From a virus (taxonomy: Duplodnaviria; Caudoviricetes), in IMG/VR virus record IMGVR_UViG_3300012041_000011, positions 1-47,165 of that record: a stretch of 47,165 nt of DNA. One strand, given 5' to 3'. Positions 27,305 through 35,995 of this stretch are shown piece after piece (positions within the stretch are counted from its first letter, which is position 1; every line of letters starts with the position of its first letter). Under the pieces are notes generated by a model that saw only the letters and a list, made by a program, of their open reading frames with translations, was not told where the DNA came from and did no database searches. The translations under genes were made by a program, and so were the position numbers.

Positions 27305-28163
27305 GATCACCCGAGACCCGACCCAGCCTCGGAAGATCTTTTCTAAGGAAGGGATCGAGGAACTTTCAGAGTCCATTAAAGAACACGGAGTCATTAAAAA
27401 CATTGAGGTTGATGACAAGTATCAGATCATTTCAGGAGAGAACCGCTGGAGAGCTGCAAAGAGAGCAGGCTTGAAAGAAATCCCTTGCCGGATTATTGAA
27501 CTCACAGAAGTAGAAAAGCCTAAGAGACAGTTACACGAGAATATCCACCACATCCCGATGAACCCTGTTGATATCGGGAAAGCGATTCATGAGGTAAATA
27601 AGCAAAGCGGTGGAAAGATGACCGGAGAGGAACTCGCGAAGGTTTTTGGGAAGAAACGGAAGTGGGCGACCGATCATATGTCGATCGCAGATATGCCCAA
27701 CTTCTTCCAAGAAGCTATGAATGACGGGAAATTAACCGTCGGCTCTATTCAGGTGTTACGTTCAATCTTCAAGAAGGAACGTGTCGGGGTTCTGAAGAAG
27801 GGTTCTTTTGACAGAGTGGTGAATAAAATCCTGAAAGAAGAACTAACTCTTAACGCGATCAGGGATCTCGCTTCCGGTATCGCCAATTCCCCTGAACATT
27901 TAGATAAGTTTCTTAAACTTCCGCTCAAAGGTAAGCTCACAACAGAAGTCAGGTTCCTCATTGAGGGTATTTCCCCGTCGTTAGCAAGCGCGGCAATTCA
28001 CGGGAAGATATCACAGGATAAGTTCTTATCAATGGTCAGATCTTGTAAGAATAGAATCTACAGCCTCCCGTACGCAGACGTAGGAATCCGTAGAGGAGAG
28101 ATTAAGAAAGAGATCATCTCATTAGAGAAGGTTATTACTCATTGGTTAAAAGAAGCGAACTGA
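27264..28163 (+). CDS. parB: ParB/Spo0J-like protein
   Basis: QPRKIF, ELSESIKEHGV, IISGENRWRAAK, EN, HTH. Confidence 0.9.
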   Translation: MSRSYRVVMVPIDKITRDPTQPRKIFSKEGIEELSESIKEHGVIKNIEVDDKYQIISGENRWRAAKRAGLKEIPCRIIELTEVEKPKRQLHENIHHIPMNPVDIGKAIHEVNKQSGGKMTGEELAKVFGKKRKWATDHMSIADMPNFFQEAMNDGKLTVGSIQVLRSIFKKERVGVLKKGSFDRVVNKILKEELTLNAIRDLASGIANSPEHLDKFLKLPLKGKLTTEVRFLIEGISPSLASAAIHGKISQDKFLSMVRSCKNRIYSLPYADVGIRRGEIKKEIISLEKVITHWLKEAN

Positions 28164-28164
28164 T

Positions 28165-28482
28165 ATGCCTACACCCAGCGCAGCCGCAAGAGCTAAAGAT
28201 AAAGCAAGAAATGCTGGTATGGGCTCTTATATCCATAACGGGATAGAGAAGCTGTATGTTCACGTCGGACACCTCTGTTCATGTTGCTGGATGGAAATGA
28301 CCAAAGAAACTTCACAAGGGAACGGATCATGTGAAGATTGTATGAAAAAGGAGCATGAGATCCCTTGCCCTCAATGGACAAAAGACATGAAAGAATACTA
28401 TGAGAAGTATGAATATCTGAACAGAGGAGAATTCAATCTTGAAACAAGAGTTCTTAGTCGTGAGAGGATAAAGTTGGAATAA
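28165..28482 (+). CDS. Cys-rich hypothetical protein
   Basis: CSCC, CEDC. Confidence 0.6.
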   Translation: MPTPSAAARAKDKARNAGMGSYIHNGIEKLYVHVGHLCSCCWMEMTKETSQGNGSCEDCMKKEHEIPCPQWTKDMKEYYEKYEYLNRGEFNLETRVLSRERIKLE

Positions 28483-28493
28483 TTAGGCGTGAT

Positions 28494-28988
28494 ATGAAGG
28501 AGGAGTGGAAAGAAATTAAAGGGCATGAAGGAAGATATGAAATAAGCTCTTTCGGAAGAATAAGATCTGTATCAAGGATGTGCCATAATGGTAACGGGAT
28601 GAGGAAAGTGAAGGGTAAGATATTAACACTGTACACAAATTGCGCGTATCCCTCATATGGGTGGCGCATGTCCCCGCACCGCCTTGTTGTGGAACACTTC
28701 ATTGGGAAAATCACAAAAGGATTAGAAGTGAACCACAAAGATGGTAACAAACATAACAATCGTGTTACTAATTTGGAAATTGTTTCAAAAAGTGAAAACG
28801 AAAAGCATAAGTATCATACATTAGGATATAAGATACACAATTTGAAGCTTACTAAAGAAATCGCTAGTGAAATCCGAAAGAAATATAAAACAAAGAAGTA
28901 TTCTTACCCAGATCTCGCGAAGGAATATGGAGTCTCTCATATGACAATAGGCAGGATAATACGCCGCGCGCAGATTTCATACTTATAA
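28494..28988 (+). CDS. NUMOD4-HNH homing endonuclease
   Basis: [23 protein letters not shown]; HRLV; [17 protein letters not shown]. Confidence 0.92.
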   Translation: MKEEWKEIKGHEGRYEISSFGRIRSVSRMCHNGNGMRKVKGKILTLYTNCAYPSYGWRMSPHRLVVEHFIGKITKGLEVNHKDGNKHNNRVTNLEIVSKSENEKHKYHTLGYKIHNLKLTKEIASEIRKKYKTKKYSYPDLAKEYGVSHMTIGRIIRRAQISYL

Positions 28989-28995
28989 CATACAT

Positions 28996-29568
28996 ATGCT
29001 AAATAAAAGTGATAACATAAATGAACTTGCGGCAGCCTTATCTAAGGCGCAGAGTTCACTGATCGCAGCAAAAAAAGATTCTAAAAATCCATTCTTTGGG
29101 TCAAAATATGCCTCACTTGAGGCAGTTTGGGATTCCTGTCGTGATACCCTCGGAAAGAACAATCTTTCTATTTGCCAAACAATGGCATACCATGATGGTG
29201 AGAGTTTCTTGTGCACGACTCTTTTGCATTCTTCAGGGCAGTTCCTTCAAGGAGAACAAAGACTTAATCCGGTGAAGAATGACCCGCAAGGAATGGGATC
29301 AAGTATAAGTTACGCCCGACGTTATGGGCTTTCTGCGATTCTAGGGATTGTCGCAGATGAGGATGATGATGGAAACGCCGCAAGTGGGAATAAAGAGAAA
29401 GCAGAAGACAAAGTTCAGAAGGCAGAACGAGATGACATCGAGACATTAAGAAAGCAGGCGAAAGCCTTGAGTTCAGATGTAGAGAGAAAAACTCTTGCTG
29501 AGAGGATGACAGCTTCAGGTGAATACCAAAAAGAAGTTGTGAAATATGTCACAGGGTTCGAAAAATAA
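28996..29568 (+). CDS. erf: ERF-family ssDNA-annealing protein
   Basis: KNPFFGSKYASL, LLHSSGQ, QGMGSSISYARRYGL, DDDGN. Confidence 0.92.
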   Translation: MLNKSDNINELAAALSKAQSSLIAAKKDSKNPFFGSKYASLEAVWDSCRDTLGKNNLSICQTMAYHDGESFLCTTLLHSSGQFLQGEQRLNPVKNDPQGMGSSISYARRYGLSAILGIVADEDDDGNAASGNKEKAEDKVQKAERDDIETLRKQAKALSSDVERKTLAERMTASGEYQKEVVKYVTGFEK

Positions 29569-30169
29569 AATCCTTCCAATCTCATGGAGCGAACTTGATT
29601 CTTGGGAACAAGACAGAGGCCGTTGGCATAGAAGCTATATGCTTGGTGTCTGTGATCCTCCTAACAAGTATATGATCCGAGGAACCGATATCCATGGTAT
29701 AATCCAAGGATCTACAGCTCCGCTTCAGGGTTCTTATTCCGAAGATGAGGGAAAAGTCCATTCCAGGATTTTAGAAGAGTCCAGAGCGCTCTTAGGCGCA
29801 GGGTGGGAATACGAGAGAAAAGCCGAGGTGGAAATCTCTGGTATATCTACGAAGGGATATTGGGACGCGGTAAGAGATCGTGTGATGTGCGAAATAAAAT
29901 CCTCGACGAAACTCTGGACTCAACGCAAAGCAGAAGACCACGGGCAGATCTGGTTCTACGCTGCTCAAGCTGAAGCCCTAGGGACTCCGTTTGAGGCTTG
30001 CTTGCTTTTGTCTTGTTCTACTACTACAGGTGTGTGTATCGTATATGAACTAAATCCCACTGAAGAACAGAAACAGTCAATTGTTAATCGGATACAAAAG
30101 ATGTATAATACCTTGAAAGAAGAAAATCTCTTGGAGAAGCGTATAGGCTCTAAAGATAGATTGGTATGA
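29546..30169 (+). CDS. PD-(D/E)XK exonuclease (Cas4/RecB-like)
   Basis: RGTDIH, GYWD...EIKS, QIWFY. Confidence 0.75.
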   Translation: MSQGSKNKILPISWSELDSWEQDRGRWHRSYMLGVCDPPNKYMIRGTDIHGIIQGSTAPLQGSYSEDEGKVHSRILEESRALLGAGWEYERKAEVEISGISTKGYWDAVRDRVMCEIKSSTKLWTQRKAEDHGQIWFYAAQAEALGTPFEACLLLSCSTTTGVCIVYELNPTEEQKQSIVNRIQKMYNTLKEENLLEKRIGSKDRLV

Positions 30170-30519
30170 AGACACAAATTCCAGGAACGATAAGCAAAGT
30201 CGGGACTCTCGCTGATAATACTATCCGAGTCCAGTTCGATGCACAAGAAATAGCTGCTGAAGAAATGGCTAACTTATTTGCGTTGAAAGGCAGACTCGGC
30301 TGGATCGTTTTCAGTGAACAACTTCTAAAAGAAGAAGACGTTAGAGATCTTCCAGAAATCCGTGCTGAGTTCGGAGAAAAGACGCCAGGACAACGTCTTC
30401 GTGGGGTTCTATATATCCTATGGGAACAGACAAAATCTTCACTATCCTTTGAACAGTTCTACCGCGAGAAGATGGAATCTATAATCACGATGCTAAAGGA
30501 TAAGCTAGACCCACCATAA
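30166..30519 (+). CDS. Hypothetical protein
   Basis: 117 aa; KTPGQRLRGVLY. Confidence 0.75.
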   Translation: MKTQIPGTISKVGTLADNTIRVQFDAQEIAAEEMANLFALKGRLGWIVFSEQLLKEEDVRDLPEIRAEFGEKTPGQRLRGVLYILWEQTKSSLSFEQFYREKMESIITMLKDKLDPP

Positions 30520-30659
30520 TGAAGAAGTCGAAGAAGATGAACTGTTCCTCGTGTGGAAATCCCTTCCAGCGCGTTACCAGCGGCCGCGTGAACTGCAAGA
30601 GCTGTCAGCCTTTGCAGAAAAAGCTCTCACGAATGGTAATTAAACGAAGAAAAGATTGA
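30519..30659 (+). CDS. 46-aa basic Zn-ribbon peptide
   Basis: CSSCGNPF...CKSC; TAATG overlap with the upstream gene. Confidence 0.6.
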   Translation: MKKSKKMNCSSCGNPFQRVTSGRVNCKSCQPLQKKLSRMVIKRRKD

Positions 30660-30661
30660 TT

Positions 30662-31277
30662 CCTTCCCTCCCTCTGCCTCGTCGTGCCTTCAGTGTTGTG
30701 GGCGTGATCTGGCGGAGAGAGGGGTGGAGAAATCCATCCTAATTCGTTGTTGAATCGATGAATTAAGCGATATGCCGAGCTTCGGTTCGGCGGTCGCCCG
30801 CGCGAGACATCGCAACCAAGACGAAAGTCGATAGGAGTTGCCTCTCGCGGGCGGGTAAAACCGCAGGTAAATAGCGCAGCGTGGGCGGATTGTCGGATCG
30901 CGTCCGAATACGAGTCGCCCTCGGTCCTGTATACGCGTTGCGCTCTCGCCTCTGCCGTTTGTGGGGTAGCACGGAGAAAAACCGTGCACCTGTAATCGAA
31001 AGATTACCGCGAACTTTGGCTCACACAAACGGCGAAGGCGGGTAAAACCGCAAAGCGATCTCGATGATCGGTGTATTACCCAGATTCTAGAAATGGGTGG
31101 GAGTAAAAAACCCGTCAACAAGTGTTCATCGAGCGTCGCTATGGGTACACACAATGAACAACACACAAGCGGTGCGAACGGATGTAATGACCGTTCGGTA
31201 AATGGCAAATCTCTGCTATCAGCACAGCCGATCTGTTGAGACGTGTGTATCCGTAGCGTCGCGCTCCAATCGCTTAA
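30662..31277 (+). ncRNA. Large, highly structured non-coding RNA of unassigned class
   Basis: Nested helices closed by TTAAGCGAT(30763)/ATCGCTTAA(31269); UUCG and GAAA tetraloops; G-U pairs favour the + strand. Confidence 0.7.
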
Positions 31278-31282
31278 GAAAT

Positions 31283-31654
31283 ATGGCATTACGAATCAAC
31301 AAACAGAAAAATAATAAAAGCGGATTTACGGGAGTTTGGTATCGAAAAGACCGCAGAGCGTGGGTCGCGACGATAGAAAGCAAGCGCTACCACCTAAAAG
31401 TCTCTAAGCAGTTTCATTCACTTGAAGAAGCGAACCGTTGGAGGGTGGAGTATTTGAGCGGAAGACCTGACCTCGTGGCAGACCATAGACCGAATTGTTC
31501 CAAGTGTAAGAAAAGAAAAGATGTGAAGGATTTTAATGTAGATAGATCCCGTGCTCGTGGCGTAGAGACAATCTGTAGAGAATGTTCTCGTAAAAAACAA
31601 AAAGCACGATACGCTAAACACTTAAAATCCCTCCCCCTCTCATCGCTTAAATGA
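31283..31654 (+). CDS. AP2-domain plus Zn-finger DNA-binding protein (homing-endonuclease-derived)
   Basis: NKSGFTGVWY...WVATI...FHSLEEA; CSKC...F...CREC; no obvious catalytic domain. Confidence 0.75.
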   Translation: MALRINKQKNNKSGFTGVWYRKDRRAWVATIESKRYHLKVSKQFHSLEEANRWRVEYLSGRPDLVADHRPNCSKCKKRKDVKDFNVDRSRARGVETICRECSRKKQKARYAKHLKSLPLSSLK

Positions 31655-31662
31655 AAAATAAT

Positions 31663-31827
31663 ATGAGAACATCAACACTTCTATTCTGGTTTTCGCTAGT
31701 AACGGCGGTTCTAACGGGTATCGGAGAAACGTGTATTAAATCAAGTCCCGCATGGTTTTGTACGGCCTTTATGTCGCTCATGTTTCTTATAGCTGGCTGG
31801 TACGTGCGATCTAACAATGAAACGTAA
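31663..31827 (+). CDS. 54-aa two-TM peptide
   Basis: MRTSTLLFWFSLVTAVLTGIG...WFCTAFMSLMFLIAGWY. Confidence 0.55.
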   Translation: MRTSTLLFWFSLVTAVLTGIGETCIKSSPAWFCTAFMSLMFLIAGWYVRSNNET

Positions 31828-31866
31828 ACCCCTAACCCGCCGAACGCTTAAAGATGTTGGAAATGT

Positions 31867-32031
31867 ATGACACGATATAAAATCATTGAGACAGACAACG
31901 GGTACATCCTCGAAACTGAATGGGATGTTGTTGATCCGATAGGCACGAACAAGACTGTCAATGTTTTTGCACATTCTGAGGATACCGATGCGTTGGAATC
32001 GGCATTCAAATACATTAGAGAAAATCGTTAA
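31867..32031 (+). CDS. 54-aa protein, paralog of 35337..35516
   Basis: MTRYKIIETDNGYILETEWDV...AFKYIRENR. Confidence 0.7.
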   Translation: MTRYKIIETDNGYILETEWDVVDPIGTNKTVNVFAHSEDTDALESAFKYIRENR

Positions 32032-32032
32032 T

Positions 32033-32395
32033 ATGCCTCTCCCTGAAACCTCCAAATGCTGTAACGCCTCTTTCCATGTTGAAGGTGGAGATGAAGGTAC
32101 AAACCATTACGAATGCGATGCGTGTGGGAAACCGACTGATCCGCGTGTTCATGAAGAAAAAGAAAACCATCAGAAGTTTTTAGAACAAGAGCTTTGGATA
32201 GAATTGAATCGTCTTTACAATAAGAACGACCCTAGAACGCAGGAGGCTTGGGATATGCACGTCGAGCCTCTCCTCGCCGAACAGCAGAGACGGGAACGAT
32301 TGCGCATTCTCACGATCATCAAAGATAAGCTTACATTCGACGATAAGGATGCAAAGTTTCAATTCATTTCAGAACTCATTGATGAATCTTTATGA
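32033..32395 (+). CDS. Hypothetical protein with Zn ribbon
   Basis: SKCCNA...YECDACGKP. Confidence 0.65.
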   Translation: MPLPETSKCCNASFHVEGGDEGTNHYECDACGKPTDPRVHEEKENHQKFLEQELWIELNRLYNKNDPRTQEAWDMHVEPLLAEQQRRERLRILTIIKDKLTFDDKDAKFQFISELIDESL

Positions 32396-32787
32396 CCAAA
32401 CAACAAAAGAGCGAAGTCATCAGAGCCGCTTGTGTGAAGGCGAATCCTGAGATAGTGGAATTGAAGTTTGGGTGTGCCTATCGAGTGAAGAATAAACCAT
32501 CCCCACTGCCCTACGTTGTAAATGGAGAAGCGATTTTGCAAACGATTAAAAATCTGGATTTGCAAATCATCGGTCGTCCCGTGCGCTTGGCAGACGTTTT
32601 GCTGGCGATCAATGAAAAGAAGAAAGACTGGTACGCCTTCGATTGCGCTGGCTATCTTCTTATTCGTGAGTTTGGAACTTCAGCATTTGAGTTGGCCGGT
32701 GAACCTTCTCCTTGGAACCTCCGCTCCGACGATCTCACCCTCCAAAGCGACGATACGATTAATTTCCTTTATGAGTTGGTGAAGTGA
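32392..32787 (+). CDS. Hypothetical protein
   Basis: IIGRPVRLADVLLAI...WNL..DDL..QS. Confidence 0.7.
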   Translation: MTKQQKSEVIRAACVKANPEIVELKFGCAYRVKNKPSPLPYVVNGEAILQTIKNLDLQIIGRPVRLADVLLAINEKKKDWYAFDCAGYLLIREFGTSAFELAGEPSPWNLRSDDLTLQSDDTINFLYELVK

Positions 32788-33011
32788 GTATGACGAATGA
32801 AATCAAAAAGGTTGAAGAAACTGGAATCGTCCAGAGTTCATTCAAGCGATATTTCGGCTACGTTCTCCAACTCTCGAAGGAGAAGCTAGATGCTTACCGT
32901 GAAACGAACAACATCAGCGCGGATGATTTCATCGAGCTTTTAATCACGTTTGTCGATGAAGAGCGCACAATCAAAATGAGCTATCGAGAGTTTAAGAAAC
33001 GATTACAATAA
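32784..33011 (+). CDS. Hypothetical protein
   Basis: Coupled ORF. Confidence 0.6.
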   Translation: MSMTNEIKKVEETGIVQSSFKRYFGYVLQLSKEKLDAYRETNNISADDFIELLITFVDEERTIKMSYREFKKRLQ

Positions 33012-33012
33012 T

Positions 33013-33237
33013 ATGCGATACGAAGGGACAAGAGAATCGAAGGGGAGTGATAAGAGTACAGTGCATTTAGTGGCTCTTGGAGAAGAAGAATTACGGTTGA
33101 TCCACGATCTGACATTAAACGCCTACATGAACACACAGGCGCGAGTCTTGGCTTTCCAGCCCACACGACAACGGCTCAACAGCATGAGAAAGACTACGGG
33201 AGAAATCTTAGGGCTTTACATGAAAAAGAAGCTATGA
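33013..33237 (+). CDS. Hypothetical protein
   Basis: Coupled ORF. Confidence 0.6.
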   Translation: MRYEGTRESKGSDKSTVHLVALGEEELRLIHDLTLNAYMNTQARVLAFQPTRQRLNSMRKTTGEILGLYMKKKL

Positions 33238-33458
33238 ACGACCTCCTAAAAATCATCATTAAGTGTGTGGAGAAATCTGCTGTGATTAGACCAGGGAACG
33301 GGCAAAAGTTAGTAGACGCTGATCTATTTCTTGAGGCTTTGAAGAGTGAAATGAAAGCGCCTATGCGTAAACATGAAGAAATCTCACCTGCACCTGTTGA
33401 CCACGATACGACATGCCCAGTCTTCCATGATCCCGCTAATGGGATCTGTGATTGTTAA
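33234..33458 (+). CDS. Hypothetical protein
   Basis: Coupled ORF; H...C...CDC tail. Confidence 0.6.
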   Translation: MNDLLKIIIKCVEKSAVIRPGNGQKLVDADLFLEALKSEMKAPMRKHEEISPAPVDHDTTCPVFHDPANGICDC

Positions 33459-33459
33459 T

Positions 33460-33882
33460 ATGGAATTATCTCAACAAGTAGCCTCCCTAGAAATTGCTCG
33501 ACGGTTGAAGGAGCTTAACGTGCCGCAGAATGCGTTTTGGTCTTGGTACGAAACAATGGATCGAGATGACACTCCACGTTTGAACAGAACAGATGAGAAT
33601 TGCCCAGCGTGTACGTTGCCCACGCAGAAATGGGAAGAGAAATACTCTGCGTTTTCAGTTGCGGAATTGGGGAAGATCCTCCCTTGGGGTATTCCCGAAG
33701 GGAATCCTACTTACACCACTCTTAAGATCCTAAAATCAGATGATGGTGACAATGAAGGTTGGATCGTTGTATACGACAATAAAATTGGAAGATCCAACCA
33801 AGAAGGGGCCGATACTCTCGCAGATGCTATGGGCAAAATGTTAATCCATCTTATCGAGGCAGGAATCTTACCTACTAAATAA
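33460..33882 (+). CDS. Hypothetical protein
   Basis: Start MELSQQ; SLEIARRLKEL, AFSVAELGKILP. Confidence 0.7.
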   Translation: MELSQQVASLEIARRLKELNVPQNAFWSWYETMDRDDTPRLNRTDENCPACTLPTQKWEEKYSAFSVAELGKILPWGIPEGNPTYTTLKILKSDDGDNEGWIVVYDNKIGRSNQEGADTLADAMGKMLIHLIEAGILPTK

Positions 33883-33898
33883 TTGTGAAAAGGGGAGT

Positions 33899-34213
33899 AT
33901 GAAACTTTCTGTCAAGGATCTACAGAGGCTAAGGTCGGTTGCTAATTATGCAGCCGAATCAACAGAGCCAATTCTACCAGGGGTATTTTCACCAAAAAGA
34001 GTGGATACGAAAACTGAGAAAGAAATGTGCAGAGAGATTCTTGTCTCTGCCCCCTTCATCCTCTCACAATTAATCTCTCTTATGGAAGAGAAGGAGGCGT
34101 TGAAGGGGAAGATCCAGGCCATGCATAGCATCACACGGGATTTAGAGTCTACGCATCGAAACGCACTCATTCGAGAAATCTTAGCCCTCCTCAATAGCCC
34201 TAAAGAAGAATAA
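33899..34213 (+). CDS. Hypothetical protein
   Basis: 104-aa ORF. Confidence 0.6.
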   Translation: MKLSVKDLQRLRSVANYAAESTEPILPGVFSPKRVDTKTEKEMCREILVSAPFILSQLISLMEEKEALKGKIQAMHSITRDLESTHRNALIREILALLNSPKEE

Positions 34214-34215
34214 AT

Positions 34216-34410
34216 ATGAGAGATTTTATCGAATTCTTTACCGAATACTTAATTGTTGGTTGTTTCTGTGTTCTCGTGGTTATTGTGATTTCCGCATTCT
34301 TTCGAGCTCAGGAAGACATGAAGTATTTTCCATGTTCTAGCTTTGCTAACACGCCTTTGAAAGACGTTCCAGCTCGTTGCTTTTATGCAAGCACCCACAC
34401 TACAAATTGA
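34216..34410 (+). CDS. Small single-TM protein
   Basis: Hydrophobic helix at about aa 11-29. Confidence 0.6.
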   Translation: MRDFIEFFTEYLIVGCFCVLVVIVISAFFRAQEDMKYFPCSSFANTPLKDVPARCFYASTHTTN

Positions 34411-34412
34411 AT

Positions 34413-34808
34413 ATGAGAACAATTAAGTTTCGAGCTTGGGATAAGAACGCCAATAAAATGTCAGATGTCGTTGAGCTTTCTTGGGGCAATCATGGAGACT
34501 TCGATGTGTTCACTTCGCATGGAATCAATGCTTCGGCTTTAGGAGGAGATTGTCTGATGCAATTTACAGGCCTCAAAGATCGCAATGGTAAGGAGATTTA
34601 TGAAGGGGATATTGTGAAACTTGGTGGTAAAGGAGGTTCGATTACAGAAGTGAAATGGATGGATGGAGGATTTAGGGTTGAGCAGATTGAGTTTCGGGAT
34701 GTAATGGAACCTCTACTAAAGCATAAAGCATGGGTAGAGTTGCATATTGAAAATAGAGGACTCGAAGTTATCGGAAATCATTTTGAGCATCCAGAACTTC
34801 TAAAATGA
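34413..34808 (+). CDS. yopX: YopX-family protein
   Basis: IKFRAWDK, LMQFTGLKDRNGKEIYEGDIV, EVIGN. Confidence 0.92.
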   Translation: MRTIKFRAWDKNANKMSDVVELSWGNHGDFDVFTSHGINASALGGDCLMQFTGLKDRNGKEIYEGDIVKLGGKGGSITEVKWMDGGFRVEQIEFRDVMEPLLKHKAWVELHIENRGLEVIGNHFEHPELLK

Positions 34809-34809
34809 T

Positions 34810-35157
34810 ATGAGCAACGAACAAAACGTCGAACTAATATCTTGCAAGCGTTGTGGCGCCCACATTATGGCGAATGGTGTGATGCTTGTAGAAAGCCACA
34901 AATGCCTCCTCCCTAAACAAAAGGAAGAAGAACAATGGTGGGATGAAGAAGTCCAATATTTTAACCCTTTCAAAGAAAGTTTAAGCAGTTTTACGGGTCG
35001 GCTCATCCTCGAATCTCGTCGTAGAACGTTAGAAGAAGTTATTGGATTGGTAGAAGCATCCTACATGATGGAAGATCATCGTCTTATAGATAAGCAGGCT
35101 TGGAATCAAACCATTACCGTTGTCCTCTCCCGTCTCCAATCACTACGGAAATTATGA
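34810..35157 (+). CDS. Hypothetical protein
   Basis: CKRC...HKC. Confidence 0.6.
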   Translation: MSNEQNVELISCKRCGAHIMANGVMLVESHKCLLPKQKEEEQWWDEEVQYFNPFKESLSSFTGRLILESRRRTLEEVIGLVEASYMMEDHRLIDKQAWNQTITVVLSRLQSLRKL

Positions 35158-35516
35158 TTGACTCCGATCTCACTGCCCCAGAGTTCCTAGAGCCTGGAGG
35201 TGTACAGCGGTATCTTTGCCAACGGGGTCAGCATTCCTTTCTAAAAACTGGAACTGGCTTCGGGCCAAAAGATTATTCCTGTGTGGGTTGTGGAGAATTA
35301 ATGGAACCTAACTCCCTCCAGAAAGGAGGGAATAATATGGCTACACGCTACATAATCACTGAAACAAGCAATGGGTTTATTCTTGAGACTGAATGGGACG
35401 TTCATAATCCTTTAGACAGCTCAAAAAATAAAGATCAGGAAGTGATGGTATTCGAGACTGAAGGAGATAAATACGCATTAGATAAAGTGTTTAAGCACAT
35501 TCAAGAAAATAGATGA
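35154..35516 (+). CDS. Zn-binding N-terminus fused to a paralog of 31867..32031 (internal start at 35337)
   Basis: C..GQH...CVGC followed by MATRYIITETSNGFILETEWDV...IQENR. Confidence 0.6.
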   Translation: MIDSDLTAPEFLEPGGVQRYLCQRGQHSFLKTGTGFGPKDYSCVGCGELMEPNSLQKGGNNMATRYIITETSNGFILETEWDVHNPLDSSKNKDQEVMVFETEGDKYALDKVFKHIQENR

Positions 35517-35517
35517 T

Positions 35518-35790
35518 ATGCCCCTCACCCTTAAAGAAGCCAGACTAGCCCAAGAAAAAGCAAAAGACGAAGGTAAGATGAGTGATGTTTCTTTCTTCTC
35601 AGGATATATTGCAGCATTGATTGATGTAATGCCACTTGAAAAGGATTACCCAGAAACGATGCCTGCGAAGCCCTACTCTTTTACTAAAGATGATTTTCAA
35701 GATCATATGCTGCGCTGTAAACAGCCCGACTCCTGCCCCTGTGGAGCTCCACTTGATAAGCCTGAGTTGTGTACGCATGGAAGGGAATGA
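35518..35790 (+). CDS. Hypothetical protein
   Basis: 90-aa ORF. Confidence 0.6.
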   Translation: MPLTLKEARLAQEKAKDEGKMSDVSFFSGYIAALIDVMPLEKDYPETMPAKPYSFTKDDFQDHMLRCKQPDSCPCGAPLDKPELCTHGRE

Positions 35791-35953
35791 CTTTTCAATT
35801 CCTGGCTTACACGCTTTAATACCTTTAAGCTACTCGAAGAAGGAAACAACAACCTTGTACACTCCAATTCGGTTAGCGGATAATCTATTTCTGGGCTTCT
35901 CCTTCATTGGCGTAAACAGTCGCGCTGTATAAAAGGAACTCCTGGAAATAAAT

Positions 35954-35982
35954 AAACGCGCCTCCTGAGTGGGGCGCGTTTT
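35954..35982. terminator. Bidirectional intrinsic terminator at the convergence point
   Basis: AAACGCGCCTC-ctgagt-GGGGCGCGTTTT with A/T tails on both sides. Confidence 0.75.
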
Positions 35983-35995
35983 GAGTTTCATCTCC

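Noticed and set aside
30690-31289. 199-aa minus-strand ORF
   Set aside because: Antisense to the operon, Arg/Pro/Ser-rich with no motifs; better explained as a shadow of GC-rich structured RNA.
30662-31654. Group I/II intron, RNase P RNA or tmRNA
   Set aside because: No interrupted gene, no recognisable P7 or domain V, no GAGGAAAGUCC, no tRNA-like ends. Checked by eye only.
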